A DNA stretch of 64,000 nt from Epithemia pelagica (Eukaryota > Protista > Bacillariophyta), in assembly GCA_946965045.2 (NCBI GenBank), contig OX337233.1, positions 620,001 through 684,000 of the forward strand, given 5' to 3'. This document shows, piece by piece, positions 52,684-64,000 of this stretch. Numbering within the stretch: the stretch's first letter is position 1; each line of letters starts with the position of its first letter. The notes below the pieces were generated by a model. That model was not told the origin of the DNA. It ran no database searches and saw only the letters and a program-made list of their open reading frames with translations. Both the position numbers and the translations under genes were made by a program.

Positions 52684-53645
52684 ATGTCAAACAGCAACAC
52701 AAACAACTCGTCCCAGTCACCTCCTTCTTCCCAAAACAACGCAAACAATTTGACCCAAGTAACCCAAGCCGACTCAAACAACAATCAAAATGTTGCTACA
52801 GTTCAAAATGAAGGATCTTCCTCTACCGTTGATGGTGTTGATGACAGTGACTTAGCTGATCCGGTTGCAAAGGAAGTACAAGAATTGTTCAAGAAAGAAA
52901 AATCCTATGTCAAATTCCGAGACCCACCAAAGAAACATTTCAAGAATCTCAACTCCTATTGGGGGAAAGTTGATCATCTTGATTTCACCCACCTTGTTAA
53001 ACAACGACAGAAAATCCCATCACAAGAACTTGTTCCATACGAGGGCCTGATCAGATGCTTTGACATGATAAGACAAGCCTCCCGTGAAGATCAGGAAGCG
53101 CCGAAATCGACATGGGGATCAATCTGTAAACGTCTGGTTGTATGTCCCATTTGCTTCAAGGACCCAAACGCCTCCTTCTTACAGTCCACTCTTCTCTGTG
53201 GCACCCAGCCAAAAGGTGTGTCATCCAACGTTGGACAACACCGACGAGACTTTCATCCAAAGCTCGTCGAAAAGGAAGAGGAAGAAGGCATTCAACACCC
53301 GACGAATGTGGAAAGCAGCCAGTCGCTCATGACATCATACAAAGGGGCGACCATGCTATCCAAAGAAGAGGCCCGATCCAAATTTAAGGAAGCAATCTAC
53401 AGGTTTGTCAATGACAACGGCCTTCCTACATCGACCGTAGAGAAGGAAAGCTTTCGGCAGCTGCTACAATTTGCCATACTGCAGGGCCCAAAATTATCCA
53501 AGAATGACGCAGTAATGAGCAATAAGGCCATTACGAAAATGCGACTTACTTCCTATAATTCGTTCATGCGGACCATTGCCATGTTGGGTAGAAACATTCA
53601 GAATGCGTACAAGGCACTCTGCGGAAAGGCAATTCCCTTTGGAAC
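52684..53645 (+). pseudogene. hAT transposase, N-terminal part (BED-like zinc finger)
   Basis: VCPICF...SSNVGQHRRDFHP; frame continues across the TSD into 62001+. Confidence 0.8.
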
Positions 53646-54428
53646 TGTTAGAATTCTCACCGTCTATGGTGGTTAGATTCTACATCTCATCGATTCCCCA
53701 TGTCACATAGCCTCGTGCTATTGCATCATGCCCTCTAGCTTCGAGCTATGTTTCCTAGCTTCGCGCTATATCGACCTATATTTCTTCGCAAATCATGAAA
53801 AGTGAGAATAGATTGACGAACTCACTCTCAAGACTAAACTGGGTCGTGCGGTATTACAACGGACGTAAATTTGGCCGTTGCTCGGACATTATACTAACGC
53901 CCTAAGCGTACGCGCCCGAAATCATCGAGCGCGCCCAAGCGACATCCGAGCGCTGTCGGCATCTATCCGACCCAACGGTCTAAGTATCCCAAGCACGACA
54001 CACGATCACGCGAGACCATATTTCCATTCCCACAATCTCCAAATTGTCAACAAGCTGCGCGCCATGAAAACAACTATGCCAACCCAAAGCAAGAGCTGTT
54101 GACCCTGTATATGTTATCCGCCCACATATACATGTCATATACATCACATGAATCAACTCCAACTATTCCAAACCTGTTGCCGCCAAGAACCTATGACACA
54201 TGACCCTTGGCAGGACCGAACATTTCACGTAGACCTATCGTAGTAATCAACACACAATCTAACAATATCACCATTTATCACATCCTCTTTTGTGTCCCGA
54301 CTATACTTTTGATAGACTTCGACTTGCTTGCTTCTCTGACCCTGAGAAGCTTGTATCGGTTGGTGACCTACCTGATTGTCTGCTCTACCGAGCATCAATG
54401 TCCCTACGATTCAGAAAGAATTGTATCA
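53646..54428 (+). repeat. 5' LTR of element 2
   Basis: TGTTAG...TATCA, matches 61213-61995. Confidence 0.97.
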
Positions 54429-54442
54429 GATTAACAGTCTCA
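54429..54442 (+). other. Primer-binding site complementary to a tRNA-Asn(GUU) anticodon arm
   Basis: Reverse complement is TGAGA-CTGTTAA-TC: stem strand, CT-GTT-AA loop, start of the 3' stem. Confidence 0.7.
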
Positions 54443-54464
54443 AAGCTTATTTCCTTGTGGTTTC

Positions 54465-55244
54465 ATGGATACTAACGAGCTTATCACTCCTGTACGACAG
54501 ATCTATCGAGCCAAACTGCATCCCGGGCAGCCCGATACCCTGGTGCAGCAGGAGCTGGTGCCGACGCCGAAGGCAGCCAACACATCGGTCAACATCTCCG
54601 TCGACAGTTCCAACAGCAACCTATTCGAGACTCCAACCCAGCCTCACGCTCCGATCCCTGCGCCGTTGCTTCGGCCCCCGAGTCCGCCTCGTCGGCTCGT
54701 CCCTTCTCAATCCCGTCGTACCACCTGGTTGATTGCTGATCATATCAAGTACTTCCGTCAACCAACTTGTTCGACCTTCGATCCTGAGATCATCCGTGGG
54801 GAGACCCAGATCGAACGCCAGTTCCAATCGGTGACCCACATCGTCGACCAAGAAGACATTGACCGTCTGAACGACCAACTTCATCGTTCTCCGAGGCGTC
54901 GCCTCATCTTGGCCGCCCTCTCGGGCAACCCCATCCGTACTGTCCACCTCCGCTTCCTAACCTTCGAGCGCCCAACTGGATACTACAATACCATCCACGT
55001 CGTGAACGCGACGACTTGCCCTCTGCCTCCTAACGTTGTACGCCTAGATAACTACGTTGCCTACATCCACGAGGTCCATACCATCGAGGACCATCGTGCA
55101 ACTATCTTCCCTTTGCGTGCCGAGGTCGAGAACCACCTGGCTGAAGGTGATACCCCTTCTTCTGTTGCTTGTGCTGCCCCATCTGAGCCTGGAAACGACT
55201 CTGATTATTCGAAAGAGAGTGGAGATTCGGAGACCGAAGCTTAA
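54465..55244 (+). CDS. Extra 259-aa ORF upstream of gag inside element 2
   Basis: Sense-strand ORF between PBS and gag; Pro-rich N-terminus, globular-looking middle, acidic tail; no family recognised. Confidence 0.6.
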   Translation: MDTNELITPVRQIYRAKLHPGQPDTLVQQELVPTPKAANTSVNISVDSSNSNLFETPTQPHAPIPAPLLRPPSPPRRLVPSQSRRTTWLIADHIKYFRQPTCSTFDPEIIRGETQIERQFQSVTHIVDQEDIDRLNDQLHRSPRRRLILAALSGNPIRTVHLRFLTFERPTGYYNTIHVVNATTCPLPPNVVRLDNYVAYIHEVHTIEDHRATIFPLRAEVENHLAEGDTPSSVACAAPSEPGNDSDYSKESGDSETEA

Positions 55245-55564
55245 TTACTCATAGTTAACTCCCGTCCTCTCAAAACCTTTCCAAGACTTAAACTCAACGC
55301 ACATCCGGGTACCCTTGGTCGCACAACACGCCACACATTCCCGTCAAATCGCGAAAATTCGGCGAAAATTTGTTGAAACTCGGCGAAAATTTGTCGAAAT
55401 CAACGGAAATTTCCAGGAGTCGCACATCACAACACACATCTGGGTATCACATACGTGGTACATACGTGGCACACGTGGTACATCCGGGTTCACATCACAT
55501 CACACATTAAATAAACCACATCACACCGCACATTAAATAAACATCGAACCAACCAAATAACACC

Positions 55565-58500
55565 ATGGATCCTCAATCACCCAAGACACCTACGACTCCT
55601 AAGGGAGAAGATAACCAAGACAATGTCTCAGACACAGACCTATTCGACCACATCATATTTACTGTCTGCCAATTCTTTACCAAAGAAAGGGCCGACTACT
55701 TAATGAAGTGGATGAAATACCATGGTTTTGAGAACATTACCCATGTTATCTCGTATATGCAAACTAATACCGAGGAATCCATGAAGGAACTGACACAGTA
55801 CAAGGTCAACAAACAGACACATGATCTACAAGGCCCCACAAGACAGCAGATCAAGCTCTTGGCTTATTGGGCCATATACAAGACCAATGAAATTCAAGAC
55901 GAGCTATCCAATAGCGACTGGATGAACCTAACGAGGAAAGAGTTCAACACTTGGAGGATCAACACAGATTTCTCTAAGGGACCACCTAGTCAAGTCCCAG
56001 TCTCGCCAATGAAGTCACCGTCATCTGTGAAATCTGTCAGCACAGTTACTGCCGCATCCCAATCTCAACAAGACCTTACAGCATTCAGAAAGGGAACTAA
56101 GCGCGACGCAACTGCATATGAGGTATTCAAGGATGAACGATACTACGATTCATTCTGGCGTGTATTCAAGACTACAGCTAAGGCTCAAGGCCTATCCAAC
56201 GTTCTGAATTTCAAATACACACCACCCCATGATGATGAGTATGCCGAAGAACTTTTTCAAGAGCAACAAGTATTTCTTTACTCTGTTCTTGTCCGTAGCA
56301 TTCAGACTGACCAAGGTCGAGCCTATGTACGTGAACATGAACATGATGAAGATGCGCGTGCCGTATTGCAGAAGTTACATTCTTTGCATACCGAATCCGA
56401 CCTAGCAAAGCGAGAGGTCCTCCGTTTAACCAACTACATTTCCAATCTACGTCTTGACGACACATGGCGCGGAACAACACGTCAATTTCTTCTACACTTT
56501 CAAGAGCAGCTACGTTTGCTAGACAATCTAGTGACATTGTCTGATCGCATCCCTGATCATACCAGGATGACCTTCCTCATGCAAGCTGTAGAAAAGGTAC
56601 CTGATCTCCGCCGAGTCAAGATCTTGGATAATGTGGTGAACACCAAATCCGGTGCAAAATCCCTTTGCTATCAATCATACTTCCGTCTCCTTCTAGACGC
56701 AGCTTATGACCATGATCAAGCACCCCAGTCATCTGTTCATAGTCGCCGTCGACATGTCAAACAACATGAATCACTATATGGCCAAGATACAGATGCTGAC
56801 ATAACCTCACAAGATGATATGGAGTATCATGTCCACAACACCACAGCGACATCTGAATCTCCATCCTCTTCGTCCAAGGTTAGTCTACCGCGTGACCTAT
56901 GGTTCAAACTTTCTGAAGAAGATCGCAAGTTGATCATTGAGTATAACAAGATGATTCAAGCACCTTCATCAACAACACCGAGGAAAGTGCAAACACATGC
57001 CCTCGACATTGATCCGGAACCTGATCCTGACCCCAACCAAGTTGCATCTGATGACGACTCACCTGGCGTAGTCCCTGAGCATCCAGATGATTCAGATCCG
57101 GTTACACAATTTATCAACCAAGCCATGACGACTGATATCAATCACCCGGCAACTGACCTGACTAGTGTTCTTTCTAATGCCAAGTCCAAGACGAGCAAGA
57201 AGGTTACTTTCAAAACCAACATGCATAAACAAGCAGGACATGTTCCACGCTATCTGTTTTCCAGGAAATCTACTTTACCAGGAAATCAATTGATTGACCG
57301 TGGTGCTAATGGAGGACTTGCTGGTTCTGACATGCGCATCCTTTCTAAGACTGGCCGCCATATCACTATTGTGGGTATTGATAACCATGAACTTACTGGA
57401 CTTCCTGTCGTCACATGTGCCGCAAAGTTTGAGACCAATGACGGACCTATTGTCGGCATCTTCAATGAATATGCTTATTATGGAAAGGGCTTATCTATCC
57501 ATGCTCCTGGTCAATTCGAGCATTTCGGACTTGCTGTTGATGAACGATCTGTTAAAGTTGATGGTAAACAACGCATCACTACACTTGATGGTCGTGCCAT
57601 ACCCCTTCACATCAAGGATGGGTTAGCCTACATCCACTCTTTGGGTATCCCCAGCAACGATGACATGGATACCTTACCTCAGATCATCTTCACGTCACCC
57701 GACACATGGGATCCTGGTGTTCTGGACCATTCGTATTCTCCCACACCCTCTGACAATGATCCTGATTGGAAACACGTCAAGACTGATGGTAGTATGTCGA
57801 ACCATCCATATGACAACTATGGGGAGTACACTGATCGTGTTGTTTGTAACCTCAATCTCCTTTTGGATCTCCCATACGATCATGGACCTGACGACGCACC
57901 CTTCTTTTCTATCTATGCTGACGCAGAAGGTAATGATCCTACACTTCATGCCTCTGTCCACCGTCGTTACCAGGAAGCGTATGACTGGAAGAAGTTCCGT
58001 CCATTCTTTGGTTGGCAATATGAAGATGTTATTGCCGATACGTTCAAGCACACTACACGTAATGGTAGCATTACTTTTGACCACGACACCCTCAAGAAAC
58101 ATTTCAAGGCTCGCAATTTGCTACTGACTCGGTTTTCTCCGACACCCCTGCTGTTGACCATGGCGGTAAAGTCGCACAAATCTTTGTTGGTCGAGATACT
58201 CTGGTTACTGATATCTATGGGATCAAGTCAACCAAACAGTTTATCAATACACTTCAGGATAACATCCGGTTTCGTGGTGCCATGGAGACTCTTATCAGTG
58301 ATGGTGGTTCATCTCTCATCTCTCAAAAGGTCAAAGACATTCTTCGCACTTTGCTTATTGGGGAGTATCGATCTGAACCTTATCATCAACACCAGAATAA
58401 GGCTGAAAACCGTTACCAGACCGTTAAACGTATGACCAACGCTCTCATGAATGCCACTGGTTGCCCTGCCAACACCTGGCTTCTTTGCCTTGAGTATGTC

Positions 58501-61218
58501 TGTGACTTATTGAACCATACGTCATCACCCACCCATTCCGGTCGCACTCCTCTTGAGGCTCTCTCCGGACGCCCACCCGACATTACTCATCTCTTGTTCT
58601 TTCCTTTCTGGGATGAGGTTTACTACCGTGTCGACCCCGCTGAACCCAATTCTGGTTCATATCCATCTTCTTCTGATGAGAAACTTGGCCACTGGGTTGG
58701 TTTTGCTCACAACGTTGGTGATTCTTTTACTTGGAAGATTCTCACCCAGGATAACCAGATCATCTACCGTTCTGCCGTTCGCCGTGTTGAATCCACTACA
58801 CCTAACCTACGTGTGGATCGACCTTCAGGGGAGGATTCGTCTGAGAAGGATGACAATGATAAGCAAGCTGACACTGTCTTCATTCGCAGTGATAGTGAAG
58901 ATCCATCCAAACCAATGCCCACGATCGATTTTGACGACATGATAGGACGCACATTCCTATGCGACACAGAAGAAAATGGGGAGCGACACCGTGCACGTGT
59001 CATCAAACGAGTCATTGATCTTAATGAAGAAGCAACGAAACAGGAAGAACGTGTCAAGTACATCTACCGAAAGACAAATTCTGATGTTGATGAGATGATA
59101 TCCTATAATCAACTCATGGAGTATATCGAACGAGATAACCAAGCTCAAACCTCTGGAGATAATCTTTTCAGGTTCAGGGATGTCATTGCCCATCAAGGCC
59201 CACTGAACACAACTGATCCAGATTACAAGGGGAGCAAATATAATTTGCTTGTTGATTGGGAAACTGGGGAGACTACCTATGAACCTTTATCACTCATCGC
59301 CAATGATGATCCGATCACTGTAGCAATTTATGGAAAGAAACATGGTTTACTCAACGAACCTGGATGGAAGCATTTGAAACGTTATGTCAAAACAAGCAAA
59401 CCTCTCATTCGAGCAGCCAAACAGTCAAGGATTAAACAAGTTCACCATTCCGTCAAGTATAAGTTTGGATTTCAAGTACCACGCAATTATGAGGAAGCTG
59501 TCGCTCTTGATAAACAACATGGCAACACAAAGTGGCAGGATGCAACAGAATTAGAATTGTCACAGATCCAGTCCTACAAGACATTCAAGGATTTTGGGAA
59601 AGCCATCTTCATTAAAGGGAAAGTATCCAATGCACCTGAAGGATATCATAAGATACGTGTACATCTTGTCTTTGACGTAAAACATGATGGACGACATAAA
59701 GCAAGACTTGTCGCAGATGGACATCTCACAAAAGAACCTGTTGAGACAATCTATTCAGAAGTTGTTTCCATTCGCAACCTCCGCATTGCCTTATTCCTGG
59801 GTACTTTGAATGACTTGGAAATATGGGGAGCAGATATTGGAAATGCATATCTGGAAGCCTTGACAGGGGAGAAAATTTTCATTGTCGCAGGACCTGAATT
59901 CAAGGAATTAGAAGGTCACATCCTGATTATATACAAGGCACTTTATGGATTGAAGTCATCAGGCGCACGCTGGCATGATGTCTTATTCGATGTTTTGACA
60001 GACATGGGATTTTCACCAAGCAAAGCAGATCCGGATATCTGGATGAGGAAAGCACCTGGAGAAGACTGTTACGAATACATTGCCGTATACGTTGATGACT
60101 TAGCCATTATTTCTACTGATCCTGGGAATATCTGCAAGATCCTGAAGGAGAAATACAACTTCAAACTCAAAGGAGATGGACCTATTGATTTCCATTTGGG
60201 ATGTTGTTACACCAAGGATTCTGATGGAACATTAGTAGCAGATCCAAGACGCTACATTGGTAAGATGATGGACACTTTCGAACGAATCTTCAAGGAGAAA
60301 CCCAAGAAAGCCAAAACACCTCTTATTGGTGGAGACCATCCTGAATTGGATGATTCTGAGCTCCTTGATGAAGAAGGTACTAGCCATTTCCAAACTCTGA
60401 TTGGACAACTCCAATGGGTGATCACTATTGGTCGTTTCGACGTCTTCACCGCTACAATGACGCTATCACGCTTTCGTGCTGCTCCGAGGAAAGGACATCT
60501 TGATAGAGCCAAGCGTATCTATGGATACCTTGCACATCTCCCAGAAGGCGCAATCAGATTTAGGATTGGAGAGCCTGATTATTCAAGTCTTCCTACCCAA
60601 GAATTTGATTGGACTCGCACTGTCTATTCGAATGCAAGTGAACGTATTCCTGAAGACTGCCCAACACCTCTTGGCCGCTATGTTACCACAACTCATTATG
60701 TTGATGCCAATCTCATGCATGACATAGTCACTGGTAAATCCGTCACTGCTGTTCTACATTTGTTGAACGGAACACCTATTGACTGGTACAGCAAGAGACA
60801 GAGCACGGTGGAAACTGCTACCTATGGATCCGAGTTTGTGGCTGCAAGGACAGCAATAGATCAGATTACAGAATTACGACATTCTCTCCGCTACCTTGGA
60901 GTACCTATCCGAGAGCGAAGTTACATGTACGGAGATAACAGATCTGTTGTGCTCAATGCAACCGTTCCTCATTCCATACTATCCAAGAGACACCATCTTC
61001 TGTCATACCACCGAGTTCGTGAAGCCATCGCAGCAAAGTATGTTGCATTCTACTGGAAAGATGGAAAGACCAACCCTGCCGATATCCTTAGCAAACATTG
61101 GGATTTCGTATCTATTTGGCCCATGCTCAAGCCATTGTTGTTTTGGAAAGGAGAAGTTCAAGATCTCAACAAATCCAATGATGACAAGGCTGAAACGACG
61201 AGTTGTGGGGAGTGTTAG
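55565..61218 (+). pseudogene. gag-pol of element 2 with a frameshift at ~58117 in the integrase N-terminus
   Basis: LIDRGANGG protease; -1 frame after KARN continues ATDSVFSDTP...ISDGG...AENRY (integrase); DIGNAYL, LYGLKSSG, YVDD (RT); YVDAN/GSEF/GDN (RNase H). Confidence 0.9.
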
Positions 61219-61995
61219 AATTCTCACCGTCTATGGTGGTTAGATTCTACATCTCATCGATTCCCCATGTCACATAGCCTCGTGCTATCGCATCATGCCC
61301 TCTAGCTTCGAGCTATGTTTCCTAGCTTCGCGCTATATCGACCTATATTTCTTCGCAAATCATGAAAAGTGAGAATAGATTGACGAACTCACTCTCAAGA
61401 CTAAACTGGGTCGTGCGGTATTACAACGGACGTAAATTTGGCCGTTGCTCGGACATTATACTAACGCCCTAAGCGTACGCGCCCGAAATCATCGAGCGCG
61501 CCCAAGCGACATCCGAGCGCTGTCGGCATCTATCCGACCCAACGGTCTAAGTATCCCAAGCACGACACACGATCACGCGAGACCATATTTCCATTCCCAC
61601 AATCTCCAAATTGTCAACAAGCTGCGCGCCATGAAAACAACTATGCCAACCCAAAGCAAGAGCTGTTGACCCTGTATATGTTATCCGCCCACATATACAT
61701 GTCATATACATCACATGAATCAACTCCAACTATTCCAAACCTGTTGCCGCCAAGAACCTATGACACATGACCCTTGGCAGGACCGAACATTTCACGTAGA
61801 CCTATCGTAGTAATCAACACACAATCTAACAATATCACCATTTATCACATCCTCTTTTGTGTCCCGACTATCCTTCTGATAGACTTCGACTTGCTTGCTT
61901 CTCTGACCCTGAGAAGCTTGTATCGGTTGGTGACCTACCTGATTGTCTGCTCTACCGAGCATCAATGTCCCTACGATTCAGAAAGAATTGTATCA
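61213..61995 (+). repeat. 3' LTR of element 2
   Basis: Matches 53646-54428. Confidence 0.97.
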
Positions 61996-62000
61996 GGAAC

Positions 62001-64000
62001 AATTTGCCATGATATATGGCAAGGGCACAGGAAAGATATCCTGGGAATATGCATTTTCCTGGTCGACCCAAGGAACTGTGCAATGTACAGGATCCCTCTG
62101 GGATTGTGTGAAGTAGCTGGGCATTCTGCGGCCGCTGTCGCAAAGCACACCCTGGATATACTCGGATCGGTTGGTTTCACACAACGGGATTTGTCTTCGT
62201 CAGTGAACGATAATACGAATGCTGCTGTTTTAGCAGGAAAATATATCGTCGGTAATCAGACCGGCGGGAAATGTGACATGCACCGTGCTGAGTTGATCCT
62301 GAAACACGGAACTGGTATTGCTGTGCGGCGCCGTGGTGGCTCAATTCAGGACGAGTTCCCTGACTTTGTCAAAGTCTACAAGGCCGCTCTCAAACTTGTG
62401 GCATTGGTAATGAACAAGCGTACCAAAAAGTTCGAGGAAATTCGCCAATATGCAGCAAAGCACAACATGGTCGCAATCGAATTACCCATTCCAAATTCTA
62501 CCCGTGTCAATGGTTGTGTGATCATGTTCCACGGTCTGTTGAGAATGAAGTTTGTTTTTGATTCTTACTACGCAAAGGAATCTCCTGACAATGAGTTTAA
62601 GCGTGGTTATCTAACAAAGCAACAGTGGCAAGCAATTGCCGAATTTGAAGCAATACTGGCTCCTCTAAGGCATTGTGCCATGACTCTACAATCAGATGAC
62701 CCATCATCATCTGCCGGTTCCTTGTTGGAGATTTTTGGATGCAAACATGGTATTGAATGCCATAAGAAAGAAGGTGTTCGAGTGCTTACTGTCAATCCAT
62801 CGGATGACAACCTGGATTTCCAACGATGGGATGCAAAGCCAACCATAGAGAAGCTCAAGGGAAAGCGAAACAAGATCCAGTATGCAAATCTACTTGCCTC
62901 TTCCAAAGTCTTAATCAATCGCCTACTAAGGGAGTTCCGAACATACATGATGGCCGGCGACGACGTCCATGCAGAGAATGCGATTTGCGGACACCCCTTC
63001 CTATGCGCAATGGCACCCAGTGTTCTACAGTCAATTTCTATTTACAACGCCAACGATGTTGAGAGGTTGAAGAAGAATTTTGTTACCGACATGGTGACAA
63101 AATTCTATGTTCCAAAGAGATCTGGGCAGCCAACAACCCAGTCTAACGTTGCAAGAGCGGTGGCAGAGGGTGAAAGCCATCCTGAATCAGAGTCAGATTC
63201 GGATGATGACAGTGTTGTTGGTATGTTTAGTATCTTTAAGAAGCATAACCAAACACAGGAGTTGGCTGCCACGGTACTGCAAACCTATCAAGCGGGACAG
63301 AATCCTACCCCTGCCCCTGCTACACCAGTCACTGACAAGGATAACTTGTACACCGAATGTGAGAAAGAATTCAACAGCTACAAAGACTTCTGCAATCGAA
63401 TGATTGCCAAGAATTGGGAGAAGTTGATCCGGGAATATCCAACGCCTTTGTTCTCAGAAGAAGAGCCCAAATGGACCCCAGCCGAGAAAAAGAAGTTCGT
63501 GAAAGCATGCAACTCAACCGAGTTCAATAGGGTGAGCAAGTATTTTGATGTTCTTAAATGGTGGTCCGTGAACAAGGGCAATTTCAGCAAAGTCTTCCCG
63601 AGTGCGGTAATCTGGTTGTCAAAGCCGTCCACAAATGCATTCCAGGAGAGGATTTTTTCTTCTTCTTCCTGGTTTGACAGCAACCGGCTAATGCGTCGTC
63701 AGAGCAAGAAGCACTTTGAGGTCCGAACAATGGAACTGGTCACGCGCAAGGTGAGAGAGGAAATCAAGAAAAATGAAGAACTATTAGAGGGGAACCAGTG
63801 GAATCCCATTACAGTCGATGACAATGAGAATGAGCAGGAAGAAGAACCCGCGTCGGTCCCCACTGATCAACAAACAAGTGCTGCTGCTGGGGCTGTGGAC
63901 AATGTAGCTCGTACCAATAATCAACAAACAAACAACGCTATTGCCATCGCTCCCATTGAGGAGGGTACTGCGGATGATGATGAGGTGGCAGTGGTGGAAG
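62001..64000 (+). pseudogene. hAT transposase catalytic core and dimerisation domain (open to window end; missing from the ORF track)
   Basis: Manual translation without stops: ICHDIW (D1), VNDNTN (D2), CDMH (CxxH), DVLKWW...FPSAVIWLSKPSTNAFQERIFS (hAT C-terminal domain with catalytic E). Confidence 0.9.

Larger units (their letters stand above)
53646..61995 (+). mobile_element. Ty1/Copia LTR retrotransposon (element 2, CoDi-like), recent insertion
   Basis: 783-bp TG...CA LTRs (3 mismatches seen); GGAAC TSD at 53641-53645 and 61996-62000; PPT GTGGGGAG. Confidence 0.97.
52072..64000 (+). mobile_element. hAT DNA transposon (runs off window), interrupted by Copia element 2
   Basis: Probable left end CAGGGTTTT at 52072, followed by ~350 bp dense in AATTCC/TTTCC subterminal motifs, then a hAT transposase; right TIR and TSD are outside the window. 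Confidence 0.8.

Noticed and set aside
53878-54162. 74-aa and 60-aa ORFs duplicated at 61445-61729
   Set aside because: They lie inside the LTRs; duplication reflects LTR identity, not coding constraint
58110-58125. Programmed -1 frameshift in element 2
   Set aside because: Lies inside the integrase, not at the gag-pol boundary; no X XXY YYZ slippery site; residues appear to be deleted

Overview
Eukaryotic genomic DNA, most likely from a pennate diatom (plastid ASAF-type presequence, CoDi-like Copia elements, short GT-AG introns). 1-18.6 kb: a four-unit tandem array (~4.4-4.6 kb period). Each unit is a + strand Kelch-repeat/coiled-coil gene converging on a - strand membrane-protein gene. All four Kelch genes are intact, mosaic and most variable on the propeller ligand face; three of the four partner copies are pseudogenes. 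19-30 kb: a plastid formate/nitrite transporter, a fucosyltransferase-like protein, a 1712-aa coiled-coil protein and a possible small membrane protein. 30.3-39.4 kb: a piggyBac-like element bounded by CTAG rather than TTAA, then 52 bp later an unusual Copia element with 111-bp LTRs ending CA...TG, a 4-bp TSD, a PBS matching a tRNA anticodon arm and an in-frame UGA between gag and pol. 39.8-51.7 kb: a Ser/Thr kinase, two hypothetical proteins and a cold-shock-domain protein. 52 kb to end: a hAT transposon whose otherwise open transposase is split by a recent 8.35-kb Copia element with canonical TG...CA ends, a GGAAC TSD, an extra upstream ORF and a PBS matching a tRNA-Asn anticodon arm. No rRNA, tRNA or CRISPR array was seen. 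All alignments were done by eye.
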